A stretch of 64,000 nt of DNA from an uncultured Nitrososphaerota archaeon (lineage in GTDB: Archaea > Thermoproteota > Nitrososphaeria > Nitrososphaerales > Gagatemarchaeaceae): NCBI GenBank assembly GCA_963718895.1, contig CAVRAG010000007.1:224001-288000 (forward strand), given 5' to 3'. This document shows positions 41,065 through 49,139 of this stretch, one piece after another; positions within the stretch are counted from its first letter, which is position 1; each line of letters starts with the position of its first letter. A program made the position numbers and the translations under genes. Below the pieces are notes generated by a model. The model ran no database searches, was not told where the DNA came from, and saw only the letters and a list, made by a program, of their open reading frames with translations.

Positions 41065-41556
41065 TCAGCCCGTGACGGTTATCGTTCCCTTCATCCACGA
41101 GTGGAAGTCGCAGACGTAGGTGTAGGTGCCGGGGGTCGTCAGGGTCACGCTGTATGAGTTGCCGCCCTTCAGGTTCGGCGACGTGGTCCCCGCCGTTACC
41201 GTCGAGCCCGCGGGCACCGTCTGGAAGTCTACGTTGTGGGTGACTCCCGTGTCCTGGTTGGTGAACGTGATCGTAGTGCCCGAGGTCACCGTGAGGGTGG
41301 ACGGGGAGAAGTTGGCGCCGTTCCCGGCGCCAGCCGGGATCGTCACCGATTGGGTCTGGCCGGAGATGCTGGAGGAGGAGGTGCTAGTAGAAGGCGCTGT
41401 GGCGGTCTTCGACGGAAGACCCAGAGGACCCCCGGCTCCGGTGGCACCGGTGACCAGAACCGTTCCGAGGACTATGGGGATCACGATCGCTATCACCACG
41501 ACGAGCGCCAGGACAGCTTTTGTTGAACCGCTCATCTTTGTGCTCATTTTTCTCAC
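41065..41556 (-). CDS. Membrane-anchored plastocyanin/halocyanin-like blue copper protein
   Basis: TM, Ser/Thr linker, HNV and YVCDFHSWMKG type-1 Cu ligands. Confidence 0.92.
   Translation of the reverse strand: MRKMSTKMSGSTKAVLALVVVIAIVIPIVLGTVLVTGATGAGGPLGLPSKTATAPSTSTSSSSISGQTQSVTIPAGAGNGANFSPSTLTVTSGTTITFTNQDTGVTHNVDFQTVPAGSTVTAGTTSPNLKGGNSYSVTLTTPGTYTYVCDFHSWMKGTITVTG
41075..41362. repeat. 288-bp exact direct repeat, copy 1
   Basis: Base-for-base identical to 44220-44507 by manual comparison. Confidence 0.95.
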
Positions 41557-41825
41557 TGGATTATCGGGAAGGCGAGCAGCAGGGTGATGATGAGGACCCC
41601 TACCAGGAGGACCGGGATAAGGAAGAGGTACTTTATCGCAGTCGACTCCTCCCTGATGTTCATCGAGAAGAGGGCGGTCACGACTGCACTGACCGCGGCG
41701 ATCGTCCCGATCACGACGTCGATGTTCAGGTTGCCTGGGTTTGTCTCGTAGGCCGCGACCTCGATCACGCTAGCAACGACCAGGTACAGCCAGACGCCGA
41801 CGGCTAGACTCGTTTTCATCATCAC
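41553..41825 (-). CDS. Heme-copper oxidase subunit IV-like protein
   Basis: 3-TM, 90 aa, directly after subunit I/III. Confidence 0.7.
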   Translation of the reverse strand: MMMKTSLAVGVWLYLVVASVIEVAAYETNPGNLNIDVVIGTIAAVSAVVTALFSMNIREESTAIKYLFLIPVLLVGVLIITLLLAFPIIQ

Positions 41826-41827
41826 AC

Positions 41828-44203
41828 CTACAATAGATAGAAGAGCGGGAAGACGAAGACCCAGATCAGGTCGACGAAGGCCCAGTAGAGAGCGAAGTTT
41901 TCGACGCCCGTGAAGTTTGAGGTGCTGAACCCGTTCTTCCTCGCCTTGTTGATGAGGTAGGCCATGACCACGAGCCCCGCGGTGACGTGGGCTCCGTGCA
42001 GGCCTACGGTGAAGAAGTAGGTGCTCTCAGGCAGCGACCCGCCCCAGGGCGTGAAGGCCGGGACCTTCGTCACCAGGTAGCCATACCATTCGTAGCCCTT
42101 GATCACCATGAATGTGGCTCCGAGGACGAAGGTTATCGAGAGGTAGCGGATCAGGTTGCCGTTCTTGCCCTCCTTCGCCGCTTCGAGCGCGAGGACCGCC
42201 GTCAGGCCGCTCGTCAGCAGGATGATCGTAAGTATGAGGCCCAGCGTCACGTCGTGGATGCTGCCCGGGATCGGCCAGGCGAGCGGATCGTTTATCCTGA
42301 GGTAGAGGTCGCTCGCGATTATCGCGCCGAATACGATGATGTCTGAGGCCAGGAAGATCCACATCGCGAGCCGGAGCTTCGGGATGCTGGTGAAGGGCCA
42401 CCTCTCGGACGGGGTCTCGGGGAACTTGAACTTGTCCTTGGTGTCGTCGCCGGCCCACCCGATCAGCGTGTAGCCGAGGAAGACGAACCCGGCGAGCATC
42501 ATCAGGACGCTCGAGGTCTGGTAGTAGGTGAAGAGGCAGATGCCGAAGAAGGTGACCGCCATGCCGCCGGCCAACTGGATGGGCCTAGGACTGTAGTGCT
42601 CCTCGTGACCGCCTTCGTGGTAGCCCGTGTCGTGGCCTGCATCGTGTCCCGCCAAGGGCTGGGCCGCGTCGTGAGCTCCCGAGGCGCCCATGATCGTCGG
42701 GGTCCACTCGAGTCCCGTCGCGCCCCACGGATTCACGGGGGCGGTGGTTCCGCTCCGGAGAGTGTAGACCAGGTTGAGGATGAGCAGTATCTGGGCGAGG
42801 GCGAAGATGAAGGCCCCGACCGTAGAGATCAGATTGAGCGTGTTCCAGGCCGGTATCGACTGGTAGGTGTAGATGCGCCTGGGCATGTCGTAGAGGAAGA
42901 ACATCGGGAAGTAGAGGACGTTGAAGCCGATGAAGGAAAGGACGAAGTGCGTCTTCGCCATCCCTTCGTGGAACATCCTGCCGGTCATCTTCGGGAGATA
43001 GAAGTAGATGCCGCCGAAGAGCGCGAAGATCGCGGCGCCGACCATTACGTAGTGGAAGTGCGCGACGACGAAGTACGTCCCCCTGAAGACGACGTCGAGC
43101 ACGAACGACGAGAGGAAGACCCCCGTGATCCCGCCGATGATGAAGAGGATGATCGAGCCGATCGCGAATAGCATCGGGACCGAGAGCCTGATCGAGGACT
43201 TGGCGAGCGACTTTACGAACGCGAGTATGATTATGTCGAAGGGCAGCGAGATCAAGAGCGTCGCGACGCTGAACGCCTCGTCCTCCGTGAGGCTGACACC
43301 TGTGATGAACATGTGGTGTTCCCAGACGAGGTAGGAGAGCGGGACCACCACGGCACCGGTGACCGCGAGGATGATGTTCCTCTCTGCGATCGGCCTACCC
43401 GAGAAGACTGGGAGGATCTCCGAGATCATCCCGAATCCTGGGAGGAGGACCACGTAGACCTCCGGATGGCCGAAGAACCAGAAGACGTCGTCCCAGAGGA
43501 CCGATCCTCCTGCGGCGACTCCCTGGGAGACCGGGAGCGAGAAGATGACCGTGCCCAGGACCCTATCCGAGACGAGCATGAGCAGCCCCGCTAGAAGCGA
43601 CGGGAACGAGAAGAGCATCTGGAGTATCGTGAAGAGCACGAACCAGGTGAACATCGGAATCTTCCGCCAGGTCATCCCGGGCGCGCGCATGTACGCGATC
43701 GTGAGCAGGATGTTGACGCTGCCTATGGTGATCGAGACGACGAGCATTATCAGTCCGAGGAAGGCGAGCGTCGGTCCGGGGCCTGGAGTGTAGCTCGTCG
43801 AGAGGGGGACGTACGTCGTCCAACCCCCGCTGGCGTTGCCGCCGGGGAGGAAGAAGCCGAGAGTGGCGAGGAGCCCTCCGAAGACGAAGAGCCAGTAGCC
43901 GAGCGCGTTCAGTCTCGGCATCGCCATGTCCTTCGCGCCGATCTGGAGCGGCATCATGTAGTTCATGAAGGCGATCGCGAGCGGCGAGAGGAACCAGAGA
44001 ATCATTATCAGGCCGTGCAGCGTCACCGCCTGGTCGAACGCAGCGGCGCCCAGGAAGTTGTTGAGCGGCACCGAGAGCTGGACGCGCATGAAGATTGCCA
44101 GGAGCGCGCCGACGAAACCGAAGTAGAGGGCGCTGATGAAGTAGAGGATCCCTATGTCCTTGTGGTTCGTCGTGTACAGCCAGCGCTTGAGCCAGGGGTC
44201 CAT
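41828..44203 (-). CDS. Heme-copper oxidase subunit I/III fusion, A1 type
   Basis: TTNHKDIG, FGHPEVY, WEHHM, VAHFHY; C-terminal subunit III motifs (MWIFLASD, GLHGAHV, YWAFVDLIW). Confidence 0.96.
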   Translation of the reverse strand: MDPWLKRWLYTTNHKDIGILYFISALYFGFVGALLAIFMRVQLSVPLNNFLGAAAFDQAVTLHGLIMILWFLSPLAIAFMNYMMPLQIGAKDMAMPRLNALGYWLFVFGGLLATLGFFLPGGNASGGWTTYVPLSTSYTPGPGPTLAFLGLIMLVVSITIGSVNILLTIAYMRAPGMTWRKIPMFTWFVLFTILQMLFSFPSLLAGLLMLVSDRVLGTVIFSLPVSQGVAAGGSVLWDDVFWFFGHPEVYVVLLPGFGMISEILPVFSGRPIAERNIILAVTGAVVVPLSYLVWEHHMFITGVSLTEDEAFSVATLLISLPFDIIILAFVKSLAKSSIRLSVPMLFAIGSIILFIIGGITGVFLSSFVLDVVFRGTYFVVAHFHYVMVGAAIFALFGGIYFYLPKMTGRMFHEGMAKTHFVLSFIGFNVLYFPMFFLYDMPRRIYTYQSIPAWNTLNLISTVGAFIFALAQILLILNLVYTLRSGTTAPVNPWGATGLEWTPTIMGASGAHDAAQPLAGHDAGHDTGYHEGGHEEHYSPRPIQLAGGMAVTFFGICLFTYYQTSSVLMMLAGFVFLGYTLIGWAGDDTKDKFKFPETPSERWPFTSIPKLRLAMWIFLASDIIVFGAIIASDLYLRINDPLAWPIPGSIHDVTLGLILTIILLTSGLTAVLALEAAKEGKNGNLIRYLSITFVLGATFMVIKGYEWYGYLVTKVPAFTPWGGSLPESTYFFTVGLHGAHVTAGLVVMAYLINKARKNGFSTSNFTGVENFALYWAFVDLIWVFVFPLFYLL

Positions 44204-44209
44204 CTCTTA

Positions 44210-45190
44210 TCACCCAGTTACGGTTATCGTTCCCTTCATCCACGAGTGGAAGTCGCAGACGTAGGTGTAGGTGCCGGGGGTCGTCAGGGTCACGCTGTAT
44301 GAGTTGCCGCCCTTCAGGTTCGGCGACGTGGTCCCCGCCGTTACCGTCGAGCCCGCGGGCACCGTCTGGAAGTCTACGTTGTGGGTGACTCCCGTGTCCT
44401 GGTTGGTGAACGTGATCGTAGTGCCCGAGGTCACCGTGAGGGTGGACGGGGAGAAGTTGGCGCCGTTCCCGGCGCCAGCCGGGATCGTCACCGATTGGGT
44501 CTGGCCGTTGCCCGAGACCGAGCTTGTCGTGCTAGAACCCGAACCGCCTGTGCTCGCGTACCACTTGTCATAGGCGGACTGCGAGAGTACGTTGAGGTTC
44601 CCGATCATGGTCGCGTGGCCGATCCCGCACAATTCCTTGCAACGGATCCCTCCGGTGACCTTGCCGAGGGTCGTCGCGTTGAACCAGAGGAAGTTGTACT
44701 GGCCAGGGATAGCGTCCTTGGCGACGCTGAGGCTGGGTATCGTGAACGAATGGTCGACGTCGACCGACGTGATGTTCAGCACGATTATCTGGTCGACCGG
44801 GACCGTCAGGTTGTCAAAGGTGGTGTGCCCGTTCGGATAGGTGAAGATCCAGACGAACTGCTGGCCCGTCACGCTGATGTAGAGAGGCGGGTCCGCGTTG
44901 GCCGGAGGGTTGATGAGATTCGTGGAGGCGAACGTCTGGTACTCCACGAACCCGAGGACCGTCCCGGTCACCACCAGGGTCATGAGCACGTTCTTCCAGT
45001 TCCCCCACCCGCCCTCCTCGTGGAAGTTCGGTGCCTCCTTGACGTCCTTCCGCCTGTACTTCATGATCCAGTAGACAATGAAAGCGGTGACGATTGTGCC
45101 GGCCGCGAAGCCGAAGAACATGTAATAGCGGAAGAGAGACCACCAGATTGCGTTCGTAGGGGCCTGCACGTCGATCTGCAGAAATAACAT
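44210..45190 (-). CDS. Heme-copper oxidase subunit II with fused C-terminal blue-copper domain
   Basis: 2 TM; CuA ligands DVDHSF and CKELCGIGHATM; Gly/Ser linker; HNV...CDFHSWM. Confidence 0.95.
   Translation of the reverse strand: MLFLQIDVQAPTNAIWWSLFRYYMFFGFAAGTIVTAFIVYWIMKYRRKDVKEAPNFHEEGGWGNWKNVLMTLVVTGTVLGFVEYQTFASTNLINPPANADPPLYISVTGQQFVWIFTYPNGHTTFDNLTVPVDQIIVLNITSVDVDHSFTIPSLSVAKDAIPGQYNFLWFNATTLGKVTGGIRCKELCGIGHATMIGNLNVLSQSAYDKWYASTGGSGSSTTSSVSGNGQTQSVTIPAGAGNGANFSPSTLTVTSGTTITFTNQDTGVTHNVDFQTVPAGSTVTAGTTSPNLKGGNSYSVTLTTPGTYTYVCDFHSWMKGTITVTG
44220..44507. repeat. 288-bp exact direct repeat, copy 2
   Basis: Identical to 41075-41362. Confidence 0.95.
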
Positions 45191-45355
45191 TCGACGCAGG
45201 AGGCGAGACGTGGTTTCGATATAAAGATTATCAACTATGTCATCTTTGCCTAGTCGTTCCAGAGGCCGCCGAGCTCGGCTGGTCCCGCGCCCTGCCTCCC
45301 CCCTTGGCTTCGCGCTGCTAACGCATAATTAGCCTCCCAACGGACGCGCGCTCGC

Positions 45356-45427
45356 GGTGGGATGGCGGAGCGGCTACGCGCACGCCTGCAGAGCGTGTTT
45401 ACGAGGGTTCAAGTCCCTCTCCCACCT
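45356..45427 (+). tRNA. tRNA-Cys(GCA), no intron
   Basis: Acceptor GGTGGGA/TCCCACC, anticodon stem CACGC/GCGTG, loop CT-GCA-GA, TTCAAGT, discriminator U. Confidence 0.96.
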
Positions 45428-45522
45428 CTTGCCTCAATAGCTCAGAATACGACCTGATTCCCCGTCTCGTCTCGATTTGACTATTGTTTCTTTTGCAGAG
45501 CATGATAAGAACCTTTCTCTGG

Positions 45523-46341
45523 TTAACCTCTGGAAAGCGCTTCGGCGAGGGCGTCGTACTTTCTTCGAATACTGAACCCAACCCTGGCCTGAAAAATCGC
45601 GAGGGACCGTGTCCTCACGTAGATGATGTATTGATCCAAGTTCTGCATCCACAACTTGCCGCGAATCATGACTTGCTGGCCCCCTTTCTTAACGAGACGA
45701 GGTCCGGTGGTCTCTATCCCAAGCGCCGCGAGCCGCGCACAGACGAGGTTTAGCAGTTCGGGATCTCCGTTTGAGGCGGTCAGACTTCTTTCGAACATGC
45801 TCCCTTCAGAGTCAAAGAACCCTCTGAGGAACCCGCATGTGCATTCTCCGCTCTGGCCGATGAAGCCGCCCAACTCCGCGACTGGTTTCTTGAGGAACTC
45901 CTGCAGGAGCAGGCTCGAAGCATCGACGTGCCAGGCGTTGGTCTTCGCGTGGTATCTTACATGCGGGACACTTCTCTCGAGCACAACGGTGATGGCCTGG
46001 GCGAACGCCTGGGCGAAGTCCCTGTCCGTGACCCTGAGCTTCAGCCTGTAGTTGTGGTCCCCGCAGACGCTCATCGATCCGTCCCCGAGCATCACGCCGA
46101 TCACGTACCCCAACTCTGCTGTCGAGACCGGGAGGAACTTCCTCACGCTCCCGTCGGGCACATGTTCGCCGCGGACCCAGTCGCTAACATGGGACTTGTT
46201 CAGCCTGACGTGGAACTCCTCCTCGACGGACCTGATCACCTGGTTGTAGCTCTTGCCCTCGGCGCGTCTCCTCATCACAGCCTCGTAGAGCCTCATCCTC
46301 GTTCGCAGGTCGCGCTGCGGCCTCTTCGTGCCGTGCCTCAC
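45523..46341 (-). mobile_element. Free-standing double-motif LAGLIDADG homing endonuclease
   Basis: LGYVIGVMLGDG and FLRGFFDSEG motifs; N-terminal HTH-like region; no intein splice motifs or host gene. Confidence 0.88.
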
Positions 46342-46464
46342 AGAGGTCTACCGGCGGGCCGCATAAGAGCGCCATGCCCGGGCTCCCCCGGGCCTCATTG
46401 CCGAATTTGAGAACCGTCATCCAAGCTTAAATCGAGTCCGTGCGAGGCGAAAGCGAGCATACAC

Positions 46465-47337
46465 TTGAGCTTCAGCAGCGCACCTCGAGGCGCACGTTCC
46501 GGCGGCAAGGCGGCACCTACCAAGAAGGCCAAGAAACAGAAACGCGAGTTTCGCACCACCAAGGCGAAGCAGCCAAAGGGAGAGAAGGAGGTCGACCTGG
46601 GCGCGGCCAAGGCTCGCGTGCTGGAGGGGCTCGACCACCTCGGCAAGCAGCAGTTCACACCGGGCCCCGGAGGGTACGACCTCAAGAACTGGCTCAAGTC
46701 TCTTAACCTCCTGCTAGACGACTTCGAGGCCAAGGTGAAGAACGAAGACCTGCCGGCCGAGTATCACGAGAGGAGGACCGAGGTGACCTCGCGCTTCTCG
46801 GCTGGCGTCGACACCTCGCAGATCGAGTCGGAGGTGGAGACGGTCAGGAAAGAGGAGACGGAGATAAGGTCGACCTTTGACCGGGAGAATGAGCGGATCT
46901 CCGCGAGGCTGGTCACCCTGCGCGCCGAGAAGGAGGGGAACGCCAAGGAGCTCGGGGAGCAGAAGACAGCCCTGGAAGGAATCAGGGCGCAGAGGAAGTC
47001 CGCGTCGTTCTTCTCAAAGCTCGTGGGCAGGTCCGGCCCGCCCACCGAGCCGGTGGAGGAGAAGATAAGGGAGCTCGAGAAGGGCTCCGCCTCGCTCGAA
47101 GAGGAGGCGCTCAACCTTCAGAGCGTCCGCGCCTCAATCGAGAGGAACGGCGGGACGCCCTCGGGGCTCTACGAGCAGCAGTGGGTCAGGCTCGACGCCA
47201 TAGGGACGAGGCTGAAGGAGCTCGAGGCGGAGATGCAGGAAAAGTCGCAGCTCGCCAAGGAGAGGGAGGACGCGACGGCGACCCTTGCGGAAGCGGTCTC
47301 CAAGATCGAGCCGAAAGAAGGCTCGAAGCAAGGGTAG
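46465..47337 (+). CDS. Coiled-coil protein with basic N-terminus
   Basis: E/K/R-rich heptads, SFFSKLVG hinge. Confidence 0.8.
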   Translation: MSFSSAPRGARSGGKAAPTKKAKKQKREFRTTKAKQPKGEKEVDLGAAKARVLEGLDHLGKQQFTPGPGGYDLKNWLKSLNLLLDDFEAKVKNEDLPAEYHERRTEVTSRFSAGVDTSQIESEVETVRKEETEIRSTFDRENERISARLVTLRAEKEGNAKELGEQKTALEGIRAQRKSASFFSKLVGRSGPPTEPVEEKIRELEKGSASLEEEALNLQSVRASIERNGGTPSGLYEQQWVRLDAIGTRLKELEAEMQEKSQLAKEREDATATLAEAVSKIEPKEGSKQG

Positions 47338-47347
47338 ACGGAGAAGA

Positions 47348-48424
47348 CTAGGCAGACGCAGACCCGCTGGCCGTCCCGTTCAGTAGTGCGAAGTAACTGG
47401 CGCCGGTCACGCCCGAGCTAGAACCATACCCTCCCACGCAGTAGAGGAAACCGGTGCCCGCGACACAATCAGTCGCGATGCCTAGCGGGTAACTCGCTAC
47501 GGTCTGCCACGAACCCATCCCCGAGGCGGAGATGCCGGCGTAGTAGACCGCCGAAGTGGAGGTGCCCCCGCTCTGGAGGCCGCCGACGCAGTAGACCGAG
47601 GCGTAGGAGGAGACGCACGACTGGGCGATGACCTGAACCGGGTAACCCGGTCCCGCAGTCCACGCTCCCATCCCCGAAGGAGTAACATAGGCGGAGTAGG
47701 TCGCGTTCTGAGGGTCGTCTTGGGAGCCTTCGCCTCCTATACAGTAGACGTAACCTCCGAGGCTCGAGCAGCTTGGGAAGTACAGGCCGGCCGGGTAGAC
47801 CGCAGAATGGCTCCAGCTGCCGATGCCTGACGAGGAGACGGGGGCGTACCAGACGGACCGCGACATCACGGTGGTGGAGTTGGTGCTGGACGTCTCGTTC
47901 TCTCCGCCGACGCAGTAGAGGTCGCCGACGGCGGCGACGCAGGACGGGGCGTCGATCGCCACAGGATACGGGGTGGTCTGGGCCCACGCGCCTACCCCGG
48001 ATGGAGAGAGCGTTGCGAAGTAGGACGAGGCGGTGTCGTCGCCACTAGAGTCGTGCGTGCCGCCGACGCAGTAGACGTACCCCGAGGCTGGAGCGCAGGA
48101 CTGGAAGGCTATCGACTGCGGGTAGGGATTCGCCGAGAGGGTCCAGTTGCCCACGCCGCCCGAGGAAGCGGGAGCATAGTAGACCGAGCTCGTGGGGTTG
48201 CCACCCGCGTCGTTGCCGCCGACGCAGTAGACGTACCCCGCGGAGTCGACGCAGGACTGTCCGACGACCCCGGTCGTCCCTCCGACCTCGAGCGGATAGA
48301 CGTAGGTCGGGCGCCACGGGCCGCTCGAAGACGGGGTCGAGAGGTTCGAGTAGACGGTCAGCGCGACGAGACCGACAAGGACTATGGCAAGCGCGATTAC
48401 TGCCGAGCGGGGGAGGGCTCGCAA
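47348..48424 (-). CDS. Secreted Cys-rich Kelch-like beta-propeller
   Basis: Signal anchor; six repeats of SC-x4-GYVYCVGG...W...YP. Confidence 0.85.
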   Translation of the reverse strand: MRALPRSAVIALAIVLVGLVALTVYSNLSTPSSSGPWRPTYVYPLEVGGTTGVVGQSCVDSAGYVYCVGGNDAGGNPTSSVYYAPASSGGVGNWTLSANPYPQSIAFQSCAPASGYVYCVGGTHDSSGDDTASSYFATLSPSGVGAWAQTTPYPVAIDAPSCVAAVGDLYCVGGENETSSTNSTTVMSRSVWYAPVSSSGIGSWSHSAVYPAGLYFPSCSSLGGYVYCIGGEGSQDDPQNATYSAYVTPSGMGAWTAGPGYPVQVIAQSCVSSYASVYCVGGLQSGGTSTSAVYYAGISASGMGSWQTVASYPLGIATDCVAGTGFLYCVGGYGSSSGVTGASYFALLNGTASGSASA

Positions 48425-48607
48425 ATGTCGGCTCCCCTCCGGAAATCATCTTAAAGCTTGTGAACGTCGGTTCTCTGCCGGACGAAGGCCGGACCGCCGG
48501 CAAGGGTGTCCCGACGTCCGTGGTCCCGGGGGTCCCGGGGGTCCCGCGGCTGCGAGTGCGCGGTGGCCGCGACAAGCATAATAATTCAGGTCTGGAAAAG
48601 CCTCCCC

Positions 48608-48982
48608 ATGAAGTACATAGTCACACCCAAGGCAGTCAAACCGGTAGGTCCGTACTCCCAGGGCATCGTCGCCAACGGGATGGTCTTCGTCTCAGGGACG
48701 GTCGCCATGAATCCCGTGAGCAACTCGATGGTCCCTGGAGGCATAAAGGAGCAGACCGCGCAGACGCTCGAGAACGTGAAGGCGATACTCGAGGCCGGCG
48801 GGAGCGGGCTGGAGAAGGTCCTGAAGGTCTCGGTCTACCTCAAGGACGGGAACGACTTCAAGGTGATGAACGAGGTCTACTCGTCCTTCTTTGGGGATCA
48901 CAAGCCCACCAGGACGACGGTCGTCGCAGGCTTTGTGAGAGACGGGATATTGATCGAGATCGACTGCATCGCGTCACTCTAG
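48608..48982 (+). CDS. ridA: RidA/YjgF enamine deaminase
   Basis: GPYSQG, VFVSG, MNEVY, PTR, IEIDCIA. Confidence 0.93.
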   Translation: MKYIVTPKAVKPVGPYSQGIVANGMVFVSGTVAMNPVSNSMVPGGIKEQTAQTLENVKAILEAGGSGLEKVLKVSVYLKDGNDFKVMNEVYSSFFGDHKPTRTTVVAGFVRDGILIEIDCIASL

Positions 48983-49019
48983 GGGCTCCAAATCCTCAAG
49001 AGCCCGGGCGGATGATAGC

Positions 49020-49136
49020 GTGGAGAGACAGATCTGCCCCTGCTGCGGGACCGGGATGGAATCGGAGGACAGGGGTGACAAGATACGGCTGCGCTGTCCG
49101 TCCTGCGGGCTCGACGAGCTCAGACTGAAGGCCTGA
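49020..49136 (+). CDS. 38-aa CPxCG zinc-finger microprotein (not in the ORF track)
   Basis: Manual translation MERQICPCCGTGMESEDRGDKIRLRCPSCGLDELRLKA. Confidence 0.75.
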   Translation: MERQICPCCGTGMESEDRGDKIRLRCPSCGLDELRLKA

Positions 49137-49139
49137 GAC

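Noticed and set aside
45431-45445. Second or split tRNA after tRNA-Cys
   Set aside because: Only 15 nt resemble a tRNA 5' end; no D-stem partner, T-arm or matching 3' half found
45523-46341. Intein or rRNA intron hosting the LAGLIDADG gene
   Set aside because: No splice-junction residues, extein or rRNA flanks
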